DNA of 63,823 bases, the filler included, from Reticulomyxa filosa (lineage: Eukaryota; Protista; Foraminifera): NCBI GenBank assembly GCA_000512085.1. It is 22 parts of 22 records of this genome, joined end to end, with 100 filler letters (N's around TTAATTAATTAA, not from the genome) between each part and the next. Parts side by side here need not be neighbours in the genome. Positions count along the whole stretch, not along the records: positions 38,813 to 44,157 come from ASPP01012498.1; positions 44,258 to 45,906 come from ASPP01015519.1; positions 46,007 to 47,984 come from ASPP01018738.1; positions 48,085 to 52,845 come from ASPP01023720.1; 18 more parts are not named here. One strand, 5' to 3'. Numbering within the stretch: the stretch's first letter is position 1; every line of letters begins with the position of its first letter. Under the pieces are notes generated by a model. It searched no databases. It worked only from the letters and a program-made list of their open reading frames with translations, and had not been told where the DNA came from. A program made the position numbers and the translations under genes. This document shows positions 38,813-52,945 of the stretch, piece by piece.

Positions 38813-40729
38813 GAAGAAGAAGAAGAAGAAGAAGAAGAAGAGCCGAAAGGACGAATAAAGGATAACGAGGAAGTAAACAATTCAAACAACACTGATAATG
38901 ACACAGACAACGAACGCGAACTCAATCCAGTTTCGATGCCGATCATCCAAGAGTCGAAAGGGGACAATGAACGCGACGAAAGAATGCCATCTAAAGGCAA
39001 CGAAGACGTGGAGTTGGCCGGGTCACGTGCGAAAATGAGCGAGGCATTCAAGCGCTATTTTATTGCGCTGTTTTACTACGCGCGATGTTTGCGGAAGAAT
39101 GGACAATACACGGACAGCGAGGTATGTTGGTTGAAGCTGTTGCAGATGTGGCCTGATCATTATGGAGTGCATGTGGAATACGGACTGTGTTTATCCGAAA
39201 TGGACCGCTACAAAGAAGCTCAAGAACACTATCTTACCGCTATCACCATCAACGAACAAGATCACACAGCCTATCGGCATTTCGGCACTTTACGTTTTAT
39301 GGCCGGACAATATGTTCACGCCTTAGCTTTGTGGGATCGTTGTTTTGAGCTTATGACTTGTGCTGGGGGTACTCTTTGTTGTTGTTGTTGTTGTTTGTCA
39401 TATGCACACATGCACGCACACCCACAAACGTATACACGCATTCATGCACAACTCACTTTGGATGGGGGGGAATGGAAAAAAAAAAAGGTACGCGGAAAGA
39501 CTTTTCTGTACTGCTGGCACGGTATGCATGGTGTATTGACCAAATTCAAAAAAACGCAGAGTTGGCACGACAATACTACGAATTTGCTCTTTCTTTCGAT
39601 CCGAATAACGTCTTCGCAATGAAATATTTAGGCATACTCATCCACACCGAATACAAAGACTCGGAAAAAGCCTTGGAGTACTTGGGCATTGTCATCCACT
39701 TGGAATCGCAATCCGCACTTGCAGTTGCTTGGTATGCCGATGCCTTGCGTTGTGCCAAAAACGTTGCCGTTATTAACCGATTGAAGCAGGTGGAGCTGTA
39801 TTGGAATAAAGCATTGAGATTACAGCCGGATTTGATCGACAATATCAAGCCATTGCAACTTGCTCATGAAGCGTTTCAAGAAGAACTCAGAGCTTATCCA
39901 ACTGAAAAGTGTGTCACAAAATAAGAGGAGGAAAGAGGAATGAGTATGTACATATATACATATGTGTGTGTGTGTGTGTGTATTTGTACTGTTTTTTTTT
40001 TATGTATAAATTATATGTGCGCAATGATTCGTAGTGCGTTTTCAAGACCCTTCACCGCTCCCACGGTTGAATTCGATAATGATGTCAGCAATCAAGCTAC
40101 CACTACGTCACGTGAAGGTGCTTGCACTATCAAGGTTACTTTTTATTAACACACAAGTCATGTAATTTATTTACTTGTTTGACTTTTTTTTTTTTTTTAA
40201 ACAAAACAAAAAATAGTTTGAAGAGTGGCTACGCGATACAGTAAAGTTACCAGAATACTTGACACAGTTTCAAAGTTGTGGATATGATGATATTCGTATG
40301 GTCACATACCTTGATGAGCAAACACTTATCGACGACATTGGAATGCTTAAAAAACCGCATCGCATGGTATTTTTAAAAAAAGCCGCTGATTTATGCAGGG
40401 AATTATTAGCAGTTTCGTTTTGTTTTTTTGTTTGTTTGTTTTGATTTCTTTCTCTCTTTTTCTATTTGTCATAACTCCAAACTGGCAACAACAACTAAAC
40501 ATAGTTTGAAACTTGGCTAAAAGAAATACATTGCGAGAGGTATCTAAGCAAATTTGAAAATATTGGAATCTTCACTCTTTTGGATGTGCTCCATTCTATT
40601 CATTCCAAAGAAGACCTGCATCTCATTTGTGGAAATGATGCTCAAGCGCAGTTCTTGCTGTGGTCCAGAATTTCAAATCTGGCCGTGGCCCCTTCTCATT
40701 CCAATTTAACTACGTCTGCACCTGTTTAA
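38813..40729 (+). CDS. TPR protein with two C-terminal SAM domains (5' truncated)
   Basis: TPRs, then exons FEEWLRDTVKLPEYLTQFQSCGYDDIRMV..LIDDIGMLKKPHRMVFLK and FETWLKEIHCERYLSKFENIGIFTL. Four introns; stop TAA at 40727-40729. Confidence 0.82.
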
Positions 40730-41434
40730 TCCGACCAAAACCCGTTTACTGAAACGAGTTTTAAATATGTATTTGGTAAGTTTGTGGGTGTTTTTTTTCT
40801 TTGTTGTGTTTTGTTTTTGTTTTTTTTTCTCGCTGTTTTTCAAATTTTCTTTTGAAAGGTTTGGATTTCTTTTTGTTTTTTTCTTTTTTATTCCTTTTTT
40901 TTTGTTTTGTTTCAAAATCTTTAACTTTTTCCTTTTTTCGATGAGTGTTCAACTCAAAACATTTTTTCTCAAAATGAGTGCATGTGAGTTTCTAGGACTT
41001 TGTGTTGTTTTTTGCCGATTTGTTGATGGTGTGAATAACATTACTCAAAAAAATTAGTAAAACACAAAAAGTAACGACAACAGCCACAAATGACTTGTTT
41101 TGTTCCATTTCTTGCATTTTTTAACACATAGTTCTGTATTTCCATGCAAAGCGCAGAACTCTTAAATTAAAAATCAAAATTTATACGGCTGATCTTTGAA
41201 TGTTTTGTCTCTTTTTTTCTTGCGCTATTATTATGTCATGTGAAAAAATGTCGTATATGCAATAATTTTTTAAGGTACTTTATTTTGAATACAACTCTTT
41301 TTAAGTACAAATTTCAACAATGTATCATACTCAAAACGACCTGCTAAAATGATATGTCAAGGACTGATCTTGGCAACTTAAAAAAGAATTAAAACTTTAA
41401 TAGAAAACACAATTTAAATCCAAACATCACAAAG

Positions 41435-43023
41435 ATGCCAGTGAAAACATTTGTAACTATTGCGTTAAAAGCATTGATCTGTTCTTTTAAATTTTCGATT
41501 GTCAATTTACAAGCTCAAGTTCATTTGAAATAAGCAAACAAGATCAGCAAGCGAACGGGTTAGTAAAGCTTTCCAATAGTGAAGGTTACGATATAACAGA
41601 TCAGCACATCGAAAAAGCTGTGAAAAGTAATCAACTTCAAATCATTGCCTATTTTCAGCCAAGTTTGCCTCGTTTTGCTCAAAAATTACCACAAACCAAT
41701 AATCAATAGGACACCAACAAAAGAAAATAAATCAAACAAAAAGAAGTACAAACTGATGATAAAAAAGACGAAATATCCGTGGCAAAGGAAAACATTCCAA
41801 ACTCTCGACTTCAAAAAACATTGGAGTGTGGATTGGATAAAATCAAATGTGAAAGCAGTCAAAATGGTGATGGAAATGATTAATAAAGGCGAACAAGGAT
41901 TAGTTGTTGTGGCCAAGCCGATAGATTCAAATTTAAATATTCTCAGTGATAATGTCAATCTTTCATTATGTTGGTAAACAATGACAAAGTCGAAAAACAA
42001 AAATTGGGGAGTACTTGATATATGTAATCAAAACAAAATTGGTGGTATTTGATGAAGTAAGCATTGATGGAAATGTGTATTCAATTGATTGTAAAATACA
42101 ATCCAAGGGAAATGTAACGATTACAACACAAGTTTTTGTCACCAAAAATGTCATTATTGATCAAAAGCTAAGGCAATTCATTTCACCAATTGAATGGAAC
42201 AACAAGATTCACCATGATATCTTGGTGAAACTCCAGATCTCCAAGAGAACAACATCTCGAGAAAATAGATTTTGAAGCTGCCATTAACTGTTTGCAGGGA
42301 GAAGTACAACTTGCTATCAATACTTTTAGGCTGGATCATCCTTATGTTGCCAACGCATATAACAATTTAGGAGCTGGCTGTGTTAAGAATGGAAGAGATA
42401 ATGATGCAATACAATACCAGAAAATATCATTAAAAATAGTATTGTCAATTTTTGGGGAAAACCATCCTTGGATTGCTAATTTGTACAACTATTTGGGAAT
42501 TCCATATGATAATCTGGCACAATATGAGAATACAATTAAACATCACAAAAAGGCACTAGATATCAGATTAAAAACTTTTGATAATAATGATAGCTGGATT
42601 GCCTATTCATATCATCAACTAGGATTTGCCTATGGTTGTGTAGGACACTATAAACATCAAATTGAATGCTATGAAAAAGAATTGAAAATTGAAAAATATA
42701 TATTTGGGGACTCTTACAGTAAGATTGCCGAGTTGTACAAGACATTAGGGTTTTCCTATGTAAATGATTGACAATTTGACAAAGCAATCCAATATTTTGA
42801 AAATATGTTGAAAATAATGAATAAAATATCTAAAAATATTAACATAAAATTGAGTTTGGAAATTACATTTGAAAGAAAAGGAGATCTCGTGACTGCATGT
42901 AAACACTATGAAGAAGCGTGGAAAATATACACTATTGTCCTTGGAGAATATGACAGTATAACATTGCAAGCAAAAAGAAACGTAATTGAATGTACTATTA
43001 ATTTTTTGGGTATTTTTTATTAA
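41435..43023 (+). pseudogene. Lineage-expanded TPR family member, disrupted
   Basis: Family N-terminal domain plus HPYVANAYNNLG / HPWIANLYNYLG repeats. Several frameshifts and a TGA at 42769. Confidence 0.75.
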
Positions 43024-43494
43024 ATACTTTCACTTTAATCGACCATTTTTCAAATTTTTTAAAAATAACACTATATCCAAAACTGTTTGTTTTACTAAAT
43101 CTTGAAAAATTACAACATTTGCACAGTTTCAAATTGTGAGCACAAAGAATGTTTTCGCTATTGAAACATTTTTTTATTGTTTTAAAATTTACTAATTTTG
43201 ATATGTTCAGTTGCAGAGGAACTAGATTATTATAATAAAAGAGACCGCGCTCATTAAAAGATTGTCCATTGTGATGATCACTGACGTTTTCTCGTACGAT
43301 ATCTGCCAGACAACTTGTTTTGGCATAAAGAATGAAAAGTTATGAACATATACAAATAAAAGCAAGGCACTTGAAGATAATCAATAACGACAAATATATT
43401 TCACGGTTTTTTCTCTCATTTCCCTCCCTTTTTTTTGTGTTTGTGCCTTGAAAAAATCAGCCGTAATTTGCACGCTCACGTGTATTAAACTGAG

Positions 43495-44020
43495 TCAACG
43501 GGTGCGTTTTTCAAGCGTCCAGTTGTTCAACTGCTTTTCAGCCCATCGAGGAAATTCAAAAGAATACATTTTTTGTAGCAATCCGTACACTTCCACAATA
43601 GCGTCGTTGAACACAACCAAATATTTTTCTACTAGCTCCTGTTGTTTTAATCGGCCTTTGTTTTCCTTAAAATGCACAACTCCATTCATGCTCATCGTGT
43701 TTTTTTTTGTTTCGCATCTATTCAATTACACAAGGCATATTTTTATTTATTAATTTTTTTTGTTGAATTAAATTCGTACCGAATTTGAACTCTGGGTCCT
43801 TGGCTTCGGTTTCATGTTCGCTTATACTGCTAAGAGGAGAGCTAGGTGTGGCTGGAGTTTTTTCTGATTCTCGTTTCCAAAATTCATAAAATTTTTCGTC
43901 AAAAAATAACTTGATATTCGCTCGCATAGATGATGGTAAGTTTACTTCATTCGTAGCCCGTTCTCCAATGAATGATTCATACAATACTGCCGCAATGTCC
44001 CGATACTTGTTATACATATT
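43495..44020 (-). CDS. RGS domain C-terminal exons
   Basis: IAAVLYESFIGERATNEVNLPSSMR...VFNDAIVEVYGLL. Confidence 0.75.
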
Positions 44021-44359
44021 TTTTTTTTTTGCATATTTTATGTTAATATAAAAAAAACGAGTTACATAGTCAGGTTTTGTTAAAAAATAATAAAGGAATC
44101 AATATGCATACGTATACATATACAAAATAAAACACAAAAAAAAGAAAAAAAAAGAAANNNNNNNNNNNNNNNNNNNNNNNNNNNNNNNNNNNNNNNNNNN
44201 NTTAATTAATTAANNNNNNNNNNNNNNNNNNNNNNNNNNNNNNNNNNNNNNNNNNNNTATATATATATATATATATATATACATATATGTATATATATAT
44301 TCATTGTAAGTGCACTGCTTGCGAGAATTAAAAAAAAATTGACATGTTATGTAAACTAG

Positions 44360-44536
44360 GACAATATGAGTATGCATGATGATTCACTAGTGAGAAAGTA
44401 TCAAGAACATGAAGAATCCGTGTATGCGACGGCATGGAGTGCCAACAATGCCTGGGTGTTTGCAAGCTTGTCCTTTGATGGACGTCTAGTCATTAATCAT
44501 GTCCCATTGAACACGAAATATAAAATTCTACTTTAG
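44360..44536 (+). CDS. EIPR1: EARP/GARP-interacting WD40 protein (TSSC1), last exon
   Basis: [43 protein letters not shown], the characteristic C-terminus. Missed by the ORF track. Confidence 0.88.
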   Translation, partial: DNMSMHDDSLVRKYQEHEESVYATAWSANNAWVFASLSFDGRLVINHVPLNTKYKILL

Positions 44537-45246
44537 CTCAATGCAAACTATGTGGTACTTGCCACTGGTGGCATTTTCGTGCAATTTACGCACTCATTAA
44601 ACAAAAATATATGTGAACAAGTGCATGGATTAACTTCTTTCAAATACAATTACCCTCAAATCTACTATCTCTTTTTCTTATTTTTGGCTGCAAACTTTAA
44701 AACAAGTCAACAGTTCAAACGTGCCATTTGGGCTTAAAGAATTTATAAGAAAAAAAATCTTATTACTCGGTCAGGAATTGTATATCTTTGGGGGGTTAAA
44801 ATTATCGAACCCTTTTTTCATTTTAATGCAAGTATTATCATTTACTCCTTTCAAATGTATTTCTGTCTGTGCAACAACACTTTGGTTGCATTTCAGAAAG
44901 TGTCAGATCATGTTTAAAAAAATATGCCCCCATTGTATAAACAAATGCTTTTTGGAAAAAACTTTAAAAAAAAAAAGAAAAGAGCCGAACGTTTCTCTTT
45001 CTTATATGCACACACTCTCGTAGATAAGCAAAGAAAATGGACGCAACTACCACCTCTCACACACACTAGACACGAGCGAAAAAAGGAAAATTGAAAAATA
45101 CAGTATACACCAACGCAAACACAAACACGAAAAAGTATTGGAGATCAAGTGAAGGAGTAGTGAATTTGTTGAAGAGTGAGAGGATGTATTGAATTGACAT
45201 AAGAAGAAGGGGGGAGGGAGGTTAATAACAGTCCGTCAATGATATG

Positions 45247-45862
45247 TTACTTATACCAAGGAGCAAACAAATCTTGATAACAATAGCAATAAAACTTTTG
45301 CATTGGATTTCGTAACATTTGTGGTTTTCTGCTAACTCTGAGTGTGTCAATGATATTTTGGATAGGAACAAATTTGGCTTTAGATGATTTATGCTGTGAT
45401 GATAATAATGATTGTGGTTGTTGAGATTGTAATTGTGGCGACTCAGGATGAAGATGATTGTCCATCATCCATTGTAACTTGAGCAATAAGCACGCAGAAA
45501 TGATTCCTGTTCGTCCAATCCCACCGTTGCAATGAATTACCAAGTTGCAATTTCCGTGTTGGTTTTCAGCAATCTTGCGAATGACCAAAATAATGGAATG
45601 CAAAAAGCGATCCATTTCCATCATCGAAGTTGGGACCCCAAAGTCTCGGATCGGAAAATGCAACGATATTAGCTCTTCTTCCGAGTCGTCCGCAAACGTC
45701 TTTATCGTGTCAAACAAATGGTCCGATCGTCGGTGATACAACTCCTCCATCGTATTCAACGTTACCAGCACATTGATCTTGTACTCTTTCACAAGCGCGT
45801 GTATGTCTTGATACATGTCGCGATCAAATTTTCCCTCGTTGCGACCAGGCAATCCACACATA
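45247..45862 (-). CDS. CDKN3-like dual-specificity/Tyr phosphatase, last exon
   Basis: LPGR, RDMYQDI, LVTL..EEL, HFPIRDFGVP, HCNGGIGRTG. Confidence 0.85.
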
Positions 45863-45864
45863 CC

Positions 45865-45903
<39 letters not shown>

Positions 45904-46199
45904 GGGNNNNNNNNNNNNNNNNNNNNNNNNNNNNNNNNNNNNNNNNNNNNTTAATTAATTAANNNNNNNNNNNNNNNNNNNNNNNNNNNNNNNNNNNNNN
46001 NNNNNNGTTACTGGTCGGAGAAAGCAGCAACTGGTTAGCACCTTTTATATGTTATATATGTACATATATTTTTTATATTTGTATTTATATATTTAATTTC
46101 CTTTTCTTTAAATTCTTTGTTACTATAAAAAATGTTATGTAATGTCGTGTATGGACGCCATATAATGTATATATCATCGAATAAATAGCAAAACATGAT

Positions 46200-47080
46200 C
46201 TGAATTGATTGAGCTCGGAAAGACCTATGCTGTAAACACAGGACACAAACCAAACACGCCGGCTGGACCTTTGACCTCACCTGAAGCTAAACAACGCGTA
46301 AATGCTTGCAAATGGTGGCGATAGAAGATTTGGAGGACAAAGGTACAAACACTAAAAAGTTTTTGTTTTATTTTGAGAAAAAGAGAAGAAAAGGTGTTAC
46401 TGTAAGATGTATTGACAAGACAATTTTTATTTGATGACTGAACGAAATAAAAAAAAAAAAAATACTTTGAATGCAAACTGACTCAATAGTGAAAACGCGT
46501 GCAGAAGTGCTGATGGAGAAACAGCCCGAAACAATCTCTGAAAATCTGGAAATGGCATCCCCCCTACCTCCATCATGATAGAGTCATTCTCGACACGGAC
46601 GATATTGGTAAAGCTGCGTTTGTACGAGAAGGGGGTCGATCAACTTTGACGACAGTGAAATGTTCGGCATTTTGTTGGATAATTGATCGCTCAATAATCA
46701 CAAGATTGCTGCTTTCCCTTTGAATCCGCGAAGGGGGATGTGAAAATGGAGGCCGATGGAATATTGAAACCCCGTCAACGAATACAAAGAGACCAAAAAA
46801 GATTTGAATAATAAGAGATACTTTGTCACAAGCAAAGGTCGCGAATTCTTTGTCCGGCCAGATCAACAATATCAAGAGAATGCTTTGCCGAATTGAAATA
46901 TTCGAAATGTGTCTCCAAGAGACAGCAGCTGCAATAATTGGAAATAAAGGAGTTGGATGCCGAAATTCACAACAAACTGAAGCAAGAAGAAAACTCAAAG
47001 AAACGACAAAACTTGTTGAAAGAAAATCAACAGTAAATTTTGAGCTTGTTTTAAATAATTTTCTTGTTGTTGTAAAATAA
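46200..47080 (+). pseudogene. Unidentified disrupted coding sequence
   Basis: Protein-like frames (e.g. PYLHHDRVILDTDDIGKAAFVREG) broken by stops. Confidence 0.3.
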
Positions 47081-48139
47081 AAGATGTTTTGAAATACCAA
47101 CATTTTATCACGTGTAGTGCAATTAACTTAATAAAATCTTCAATGTTTTCTCCTAGTTACTGTGAATTCATAATTCGAGTGCAACCATTTACATAACACA
47201 AAAGAAATAAACAATTACATTAGAAACAAGCGCTTTCAGAGGACGTGGTACCACTGACTGACAAATATAAGTATCTGAGTACATTTCTCTAGAAAGGACG
47301 ATTTATCATTGATGAATATCCGAACTATCCATTGAGACATATATATCGATAGAATGAATCTAAACACTACCAAATAAGAAACACTCATTTCACGATGAAA
47401 AGATTTACAGCAATAAGTTCTCAATCAAACACTCTCTCAAAAATAGCAATCTTTGCTATGTTGTCATTACAACGTATAAATCTTTTGTTTTGCTTGGAAA
47501 TGACTAATGTGAAAGAGACCAGCACATGTACAAATAATTCTCGATATTATTTGCGTTGGATAATGAGTATTATTACTATTTGAATACACTTATCGCATTT
47601 CCAAGTTCAAGTGTCAGATCATATCGAAATATAGTTTGATGCCTACACTTGAATGTAATTTCATCATGCTTTGATTCTTTTTTCTTATCTTTCAATCATA
47701 AAATATCTTTTTATCACATACATTCCTTCTTATTTGATTATCATTCTTGTTATTATTCACACAAAACAAAATAACAATAATTCAGATTTTTTTGATGTCT
47801 CATAAACGGACATTATTATTATGTGATGTGAACATAAATACCGGTCATTATTAAATATTGATCATTTAATTCCAACAACGCTACTAGTGTTAATGAATTG
47901 ATGAAATTTGTGGTTACTTTCAATATCCCAAACACAAATGTTTTATCATCACGACTGTCATTGTCATCATTGTTGGCCTCTCTTNNNNNNNNNNNNNNNN
48001 NNNNNNNNNNNNNNNNNNNNNNNNNNNNTTAATTAATTAANNNNNNNNNNNNNNNNNNNNNNNNNNNNNNNNNNNNNNNNNNNNAAAAAAAACAACATAG
48101 AAAGAAACAAAAAAAAAAAAAAAAAATGGAATCGAACCT

Positions 48140-48842
48140 GCATGTTAAAAAGGACATCGTCTTGCTGCACAAAAACTGCCAAACATGTAAACTTTGAACC
48201 TAATTCATTTCGATCGATACCGTTGACTGTTATTCTCCCTTCCAAACGAGATCCTTTCGTCTCTACCACACGATTCGCCAAGACGTTGATCAAACTTGTT
48301 TTTCCTTTTTTTTTTTTTTTTGTTTTTCTTGCACGTGTATACGTAATAAAAATTTTCCAGAAATTACCCGGAGCATGAAGTAGAGAGGGTCTTTTTTTTG
48401 GGGGAGGGAGGGGGGGGGGGGATGAACTTCGTTAAACTAGGGACGGACTATATATATTGCACGGACGATAAAAAAGTTAACCGCTGCCAGAAGGCCCCAT
48501 CACTGCAATCAACTCTCCGACTTTGGCTCGGCCCGTCACATTGCACAATATCTGTTTTTCGATTTTAGCCTTGCAACATCGCTTTGAGGACTGTGGGTCT
48601 GTGACAGACACGAAATAACTGACGTTCTTCCAGGTCAGGGCCACCGGCAATCGTTGGTGGTTAAAGTCCAATAAAGTCTTTCTTTTTATCTGTCCAAGTG
48701 TTGCAGGCTGTAAGTCTTTCTGGGGGTCTGAGGAATTATCCGCGGGTGTCAGTGCCTGTTCTTTCGTTTGGAGTTCGACTGAATTTGAGTTCGTTAGCAC
48801 TCCATTTTCTTTTCCATTGATAATATCAGTTTGAGAAGACAT
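48140..48842 (-). CDS. ABCG (White-type) transporter, 5' part
   Basis: LTWKNVSY, ILCNVTG.AKVGELIAVMGPSGSG|KTSLINVLA, FVQQDD. Intron 48305-48481 splits Walker A. Confidence 0.93.
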
Positions 48843-49723
48843 ATATTGCTCTGAACACACTGTTCAGCAAGAAAATCTAAGACAACTGTAAGAGATATGT
48901 AGTGGCACTTTTGTTCTTATGCTCTCCCTTGGGTGATCGTTTTTCTCATGCCTCTGCATGTTTGTGCAAAGTGTAAACAGTGACACGAACTGGCCATTTA
49001 ATAAATCATTCGAAGGAAATAATGCAAGTTTTACAATAGATTATCAATAATTGTGAAAAAAACTGTATTTTTTTTATTGTAGAGATGGAAAAAAATCTGA
49101 GATGTTTACATTTTTTATTAGGAAAATACTGGTGAACGTAAAAACAGCTGCATGCTCTTAATTCTGTTGTGAAAATTGCTTATTTGGCATTTTGCAGGAA
49201 GAGCTTTAACAATGTAAGGCAACGTTCAAGGAAAGTTTGAACCATAAGCTACCAGTTTTCTCTCGTTCTCATTTTTTTGTTTTTCAGTTTTCTTATTTAA
49301 GCTGATTTCGCTTTTTGCTGGAGAGAAATGCTCGCGTTACATTTTAATCTCAGCTAATATTTTTTGTGAGAAGCGGCACTAGTTTTAAGACGTTAATTTT
49401 TTTACTCACGAACAGGAGGAGCAGAGCGAATTGACAATAAATATAATTATCACCAAATAACTTCACAAACTAAATACTGAAACGAACAATAAAAAATGAG
49501 TGTTTAAAATAGTTTAAGTTATAAACGATTTGCGGTTAGATGCTAAATGAAGGCTAACCGCAAAATTTTGTAAAAAATATTGATTGCATATAAAATTATC
49601 ACACATTCATGAAATGTTGGGGACTTTTTTGTTTGATTTGGCTTCGATTTTGGATATTCAACTGAAGTGAAAGCAAACAATAAAAAAAAAGGAGATATCG
49701 TTGTTAATTAAGATAGAAACGAA

Positions 49724-52511
49724 TCATACCTCTGTGCACATATTAAAAGCAAGTTCGGAGACAATGAACTCCAGAACATTTTGGGTAGTTTTTTCACATA
49801 AGACATCCGCAACAGATAGTTCTTTTGAAATTGAATCTGTTTTATCAAAGCATCAAAACATTTAAACCAATATGATTAATTTGGAAAAACGCAGTTGTAA
49901 ATGACCTTCATGTTCAGATAAAACATTTGGACTTTCTTCACAATCAAGAATTTCATCGCAAAAAGGAATTTCATATTCAACTTGATTTGTTGTCTTTGGT
50001 GGATGCAAAATTGAATCAGTTCCAAAAATGACTTTGACAGCATCATAACTGGAGTCAGACTCGTCTGAATAAAATAAATTTATTTTTGGAACAAATTTAT
50101 ACATTATCTTATAAGGGACACACAAACATACTTGCTTTCGTATCTGGTAATTCTATAGAAAAAAGCTCTTCTTTTTGTGGACTATCAGTTGAAATATTAT
50201 TAAGTCGTTGTATTGCCTGTTTAGGTATAATACAGCCCTGAATACGAATATATGCTTTCCATATTGTTTGCGGATCTATTGTTTTTAACATCAAATTACA
50301 AAGAGTGGCTCCAAAGAAAACGAATAAAACATTAAACATTAAAAGTGTAGATGGCACATTTTTTACACAATCCAATTACCATTTTCGAAATGGCATTCAC
50401 AACAAACTGATTCGTCAATGACAGCAGGGACATTCGAATAAATGGTTATCGTGAATAAAGTTAAACCTGGATTATCTTTTGCAATAGTCCCTTTCATTTC
50501 ATTGAACCGAATGAACCGGGAGGATGGCTATTTTTTAAAAAGTGATGTAAGCACTATTCTTAAAATTACAAAAATTGTTTACTTTCTTTTCAATCTAAAC
50601 TATGTTCCATTTATAAAATAGTCCTGTGTTTGATAAGTTGCTAACTCCGACAAGTCTGCGACAACTTGTGTCCAACGGGAGTTCACCAAAGTCTAAAAGT
50701 TCTCGTGAGAGTTGAATTAGGGCGTTGTTGGACAGCAAAGGATATGTGGGATATTTCCTCATCTTTAGCTCTTGATTTTGTCTAATAGCTTTGTGATTCG
50801 CCGGATGATATCCTAAGGCTTTTAAAGTAAGTTGAGTCTATTCAACACAAAAGCCAGGCTTAAGATTCGCGACAAACGTAAGTTGAAACTCATTTGGGTG
50901 TTCTGTTGCACTTCTATTCTCTCATGCAACACGTTAACTGAAAAATGTTCATTGTTTGAACTAAATTGTTTGTCGCACAAGCGCCCGATAACTGGAACTG
51001 TTATTCGGTACTCACGTTCCTCCAATGGAAAAAATTTAACATAAATTGTTTGAGTTGATTTGCCTGGGATAACTCCCGAAGGGTTTACACATTTAAATAT
51101 GGGAAAATCGTATTGCTTCTTGTTGTACTTTTCAATTTTTTGTGAGTTTATTTTAATTAAAAAAAGTTGAAAAGAAGATATCCAAAAAAAAAAGAAAAAG
51201 TAGCCATTAAACTTGTTCAAATATATTTGTGTCGATAAAATACGAAATGTCAAACTGCGAAATATTTTCTAAATTCACTGTTTGCAATAATGCTCGATCT
51301 TCATCATTAAAACAACCAATTGGCTGTGGATACAATAATATTTCACTATGGGGAACATAAAATTTCAATTCAGTATCTTCAGTTGTTGTGGCCCCTTGCA
51401 AATTTAAAATAATTTTTTTCCCATTTTTAATTGATAACATGACTGGCATTTTATGTTCACCATAAATTCTTTTTCATTCCAAAACAAGACTTGTGTGTAC
51501 AAAACCACCCAAAAATATAAAACTAGAGACTTTTTTTGTTTTTAAAACTTATGATGATATCTAAATTGAATGCTGACATGCCGATAGGGTAACAGGTGCA
51601 CGCTGCTAGGTTCAACTTCGAACAAGCGCTCAGACATTATTATTGTTTCCATCATTGATTGAGGGGAAGATTCCTCCTTTTCGATCCAGTTCTCTTTGTT
51701 CATGTTTTCTATTTCTCTTAAAAATGACAGTTGCACATCTGTTGAAATGTCACTGCAATTTTCAAGGCAAATATCAACTATCTATATTGATGTATTCACA
51801 TAGTCCATTTAAAAATTTCTTCTTTTAAGAGCAATAAAGGATATCTATACTTACCGTTACATCATTCGACAATCTATTTTGCACTGAAACTCCAAAGTCA
51901 AAATTAATTGTTGCAGATTGGTGCGTTCGGTTATTGGTGGAAGCCTTTTTTGTTTTGTTTGTGCACAGAGGGGTTCTAAAAAAAAATCCTTTTCCGCTTT
52001 GATAACAACATTGAATAATAATAATAATCTAGTAACATAATCCCTCTCATTAGCACCGGTTTGACTTACCAGCAGTGTATTTAATTCATTAATGTTGAAT
52101 GCATCCCATAAGAATTGCACACTCTTGTTTTTTGATCTAATATCACACACGCTCAGTTCTGGATATTGTCCTTTGAAAGCAATCAAAGTATGACACGAGA
52201 AAGTTTCTTTACTCTTCCATTGGCCGACTGTTGCAGTAACTTGGTGCTTGTAACTACCCAGAGCATCGGATTCCAGAAGGAAGGGAACCGACCTAAAATG
52301 ACGAAATATTGCACACAAAAAAAAAAAGGAGGGATGCATTTTTTTTCTCTTTCCAAGAATATTTAATTTACTCTTAACGTAAAACTTTTGGGTAAGAGTT
52401 CGACTGGATTTGGGTCATTGAAATAAAATATTTTGTCTCGATTTGAGACTATGCAATAAGTGGTACACAATAGCAAAGCAAGTTTTTTTTTACAATTATA
52501 AAAATATGATG

Positions 52512-52542
<31 letters not shown>

Positions 52543-52790
52543 TATTATGCAAATATATAAAAATATAAATTATTGCCTGGAGGTTTTTCAATCGTATTCA
52601 CTTGGATTGTGCAAGATAAAATTTCATTTGTGTTGTTTTTAATTTGAATCGAGTGACTACTGACAATATTAATCACTTGATTTCCTAAATCTTTGAAAGA
52701 GCACTCCCAAGAAATTAGAGGTTCCTTGCACATAGCTTGCACATCCAATTCCTGTCGTTTGATAAAGTAACTTCTTCCTTTGAACAATAT
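49724..52790 (-). CDS. CFAP65: Cilia- and flagella-associated protein 65-like (3' part, many short introns)
   Basis: YPELSVCDIR..FLWDAFNINELNTLL, LFEVEPSS..QFRYHHKF, PVMLSIKNGKKIILNLQGAT, PIG, FKCVNPSGVIPG..FFPLEEREY, LDFGELPVG. Motif order matches CFAP65/CCDC108 as recalled. Confidence 0.72.
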
Positions 52791-52945
52791 TACATATATC
52801 TGTATACACAAAGAAATAAAAAAAAAAAAAAAAAAAAAAAAAAAANNNNNNNNNNNNNNNNNNNNNNNNNNNNNNNNNNNNNNNNNNNNTTAATTAATTA
52901 ANNNNNNNNNNNNNNNNNNNNNNNNNNNNNNNNNNNNNNNNNNNN

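Noticed and set aside
40706-41057. Lys- and Phe-rich ORFs
   Set aside because: Translations of a T-rich 3' UTR.
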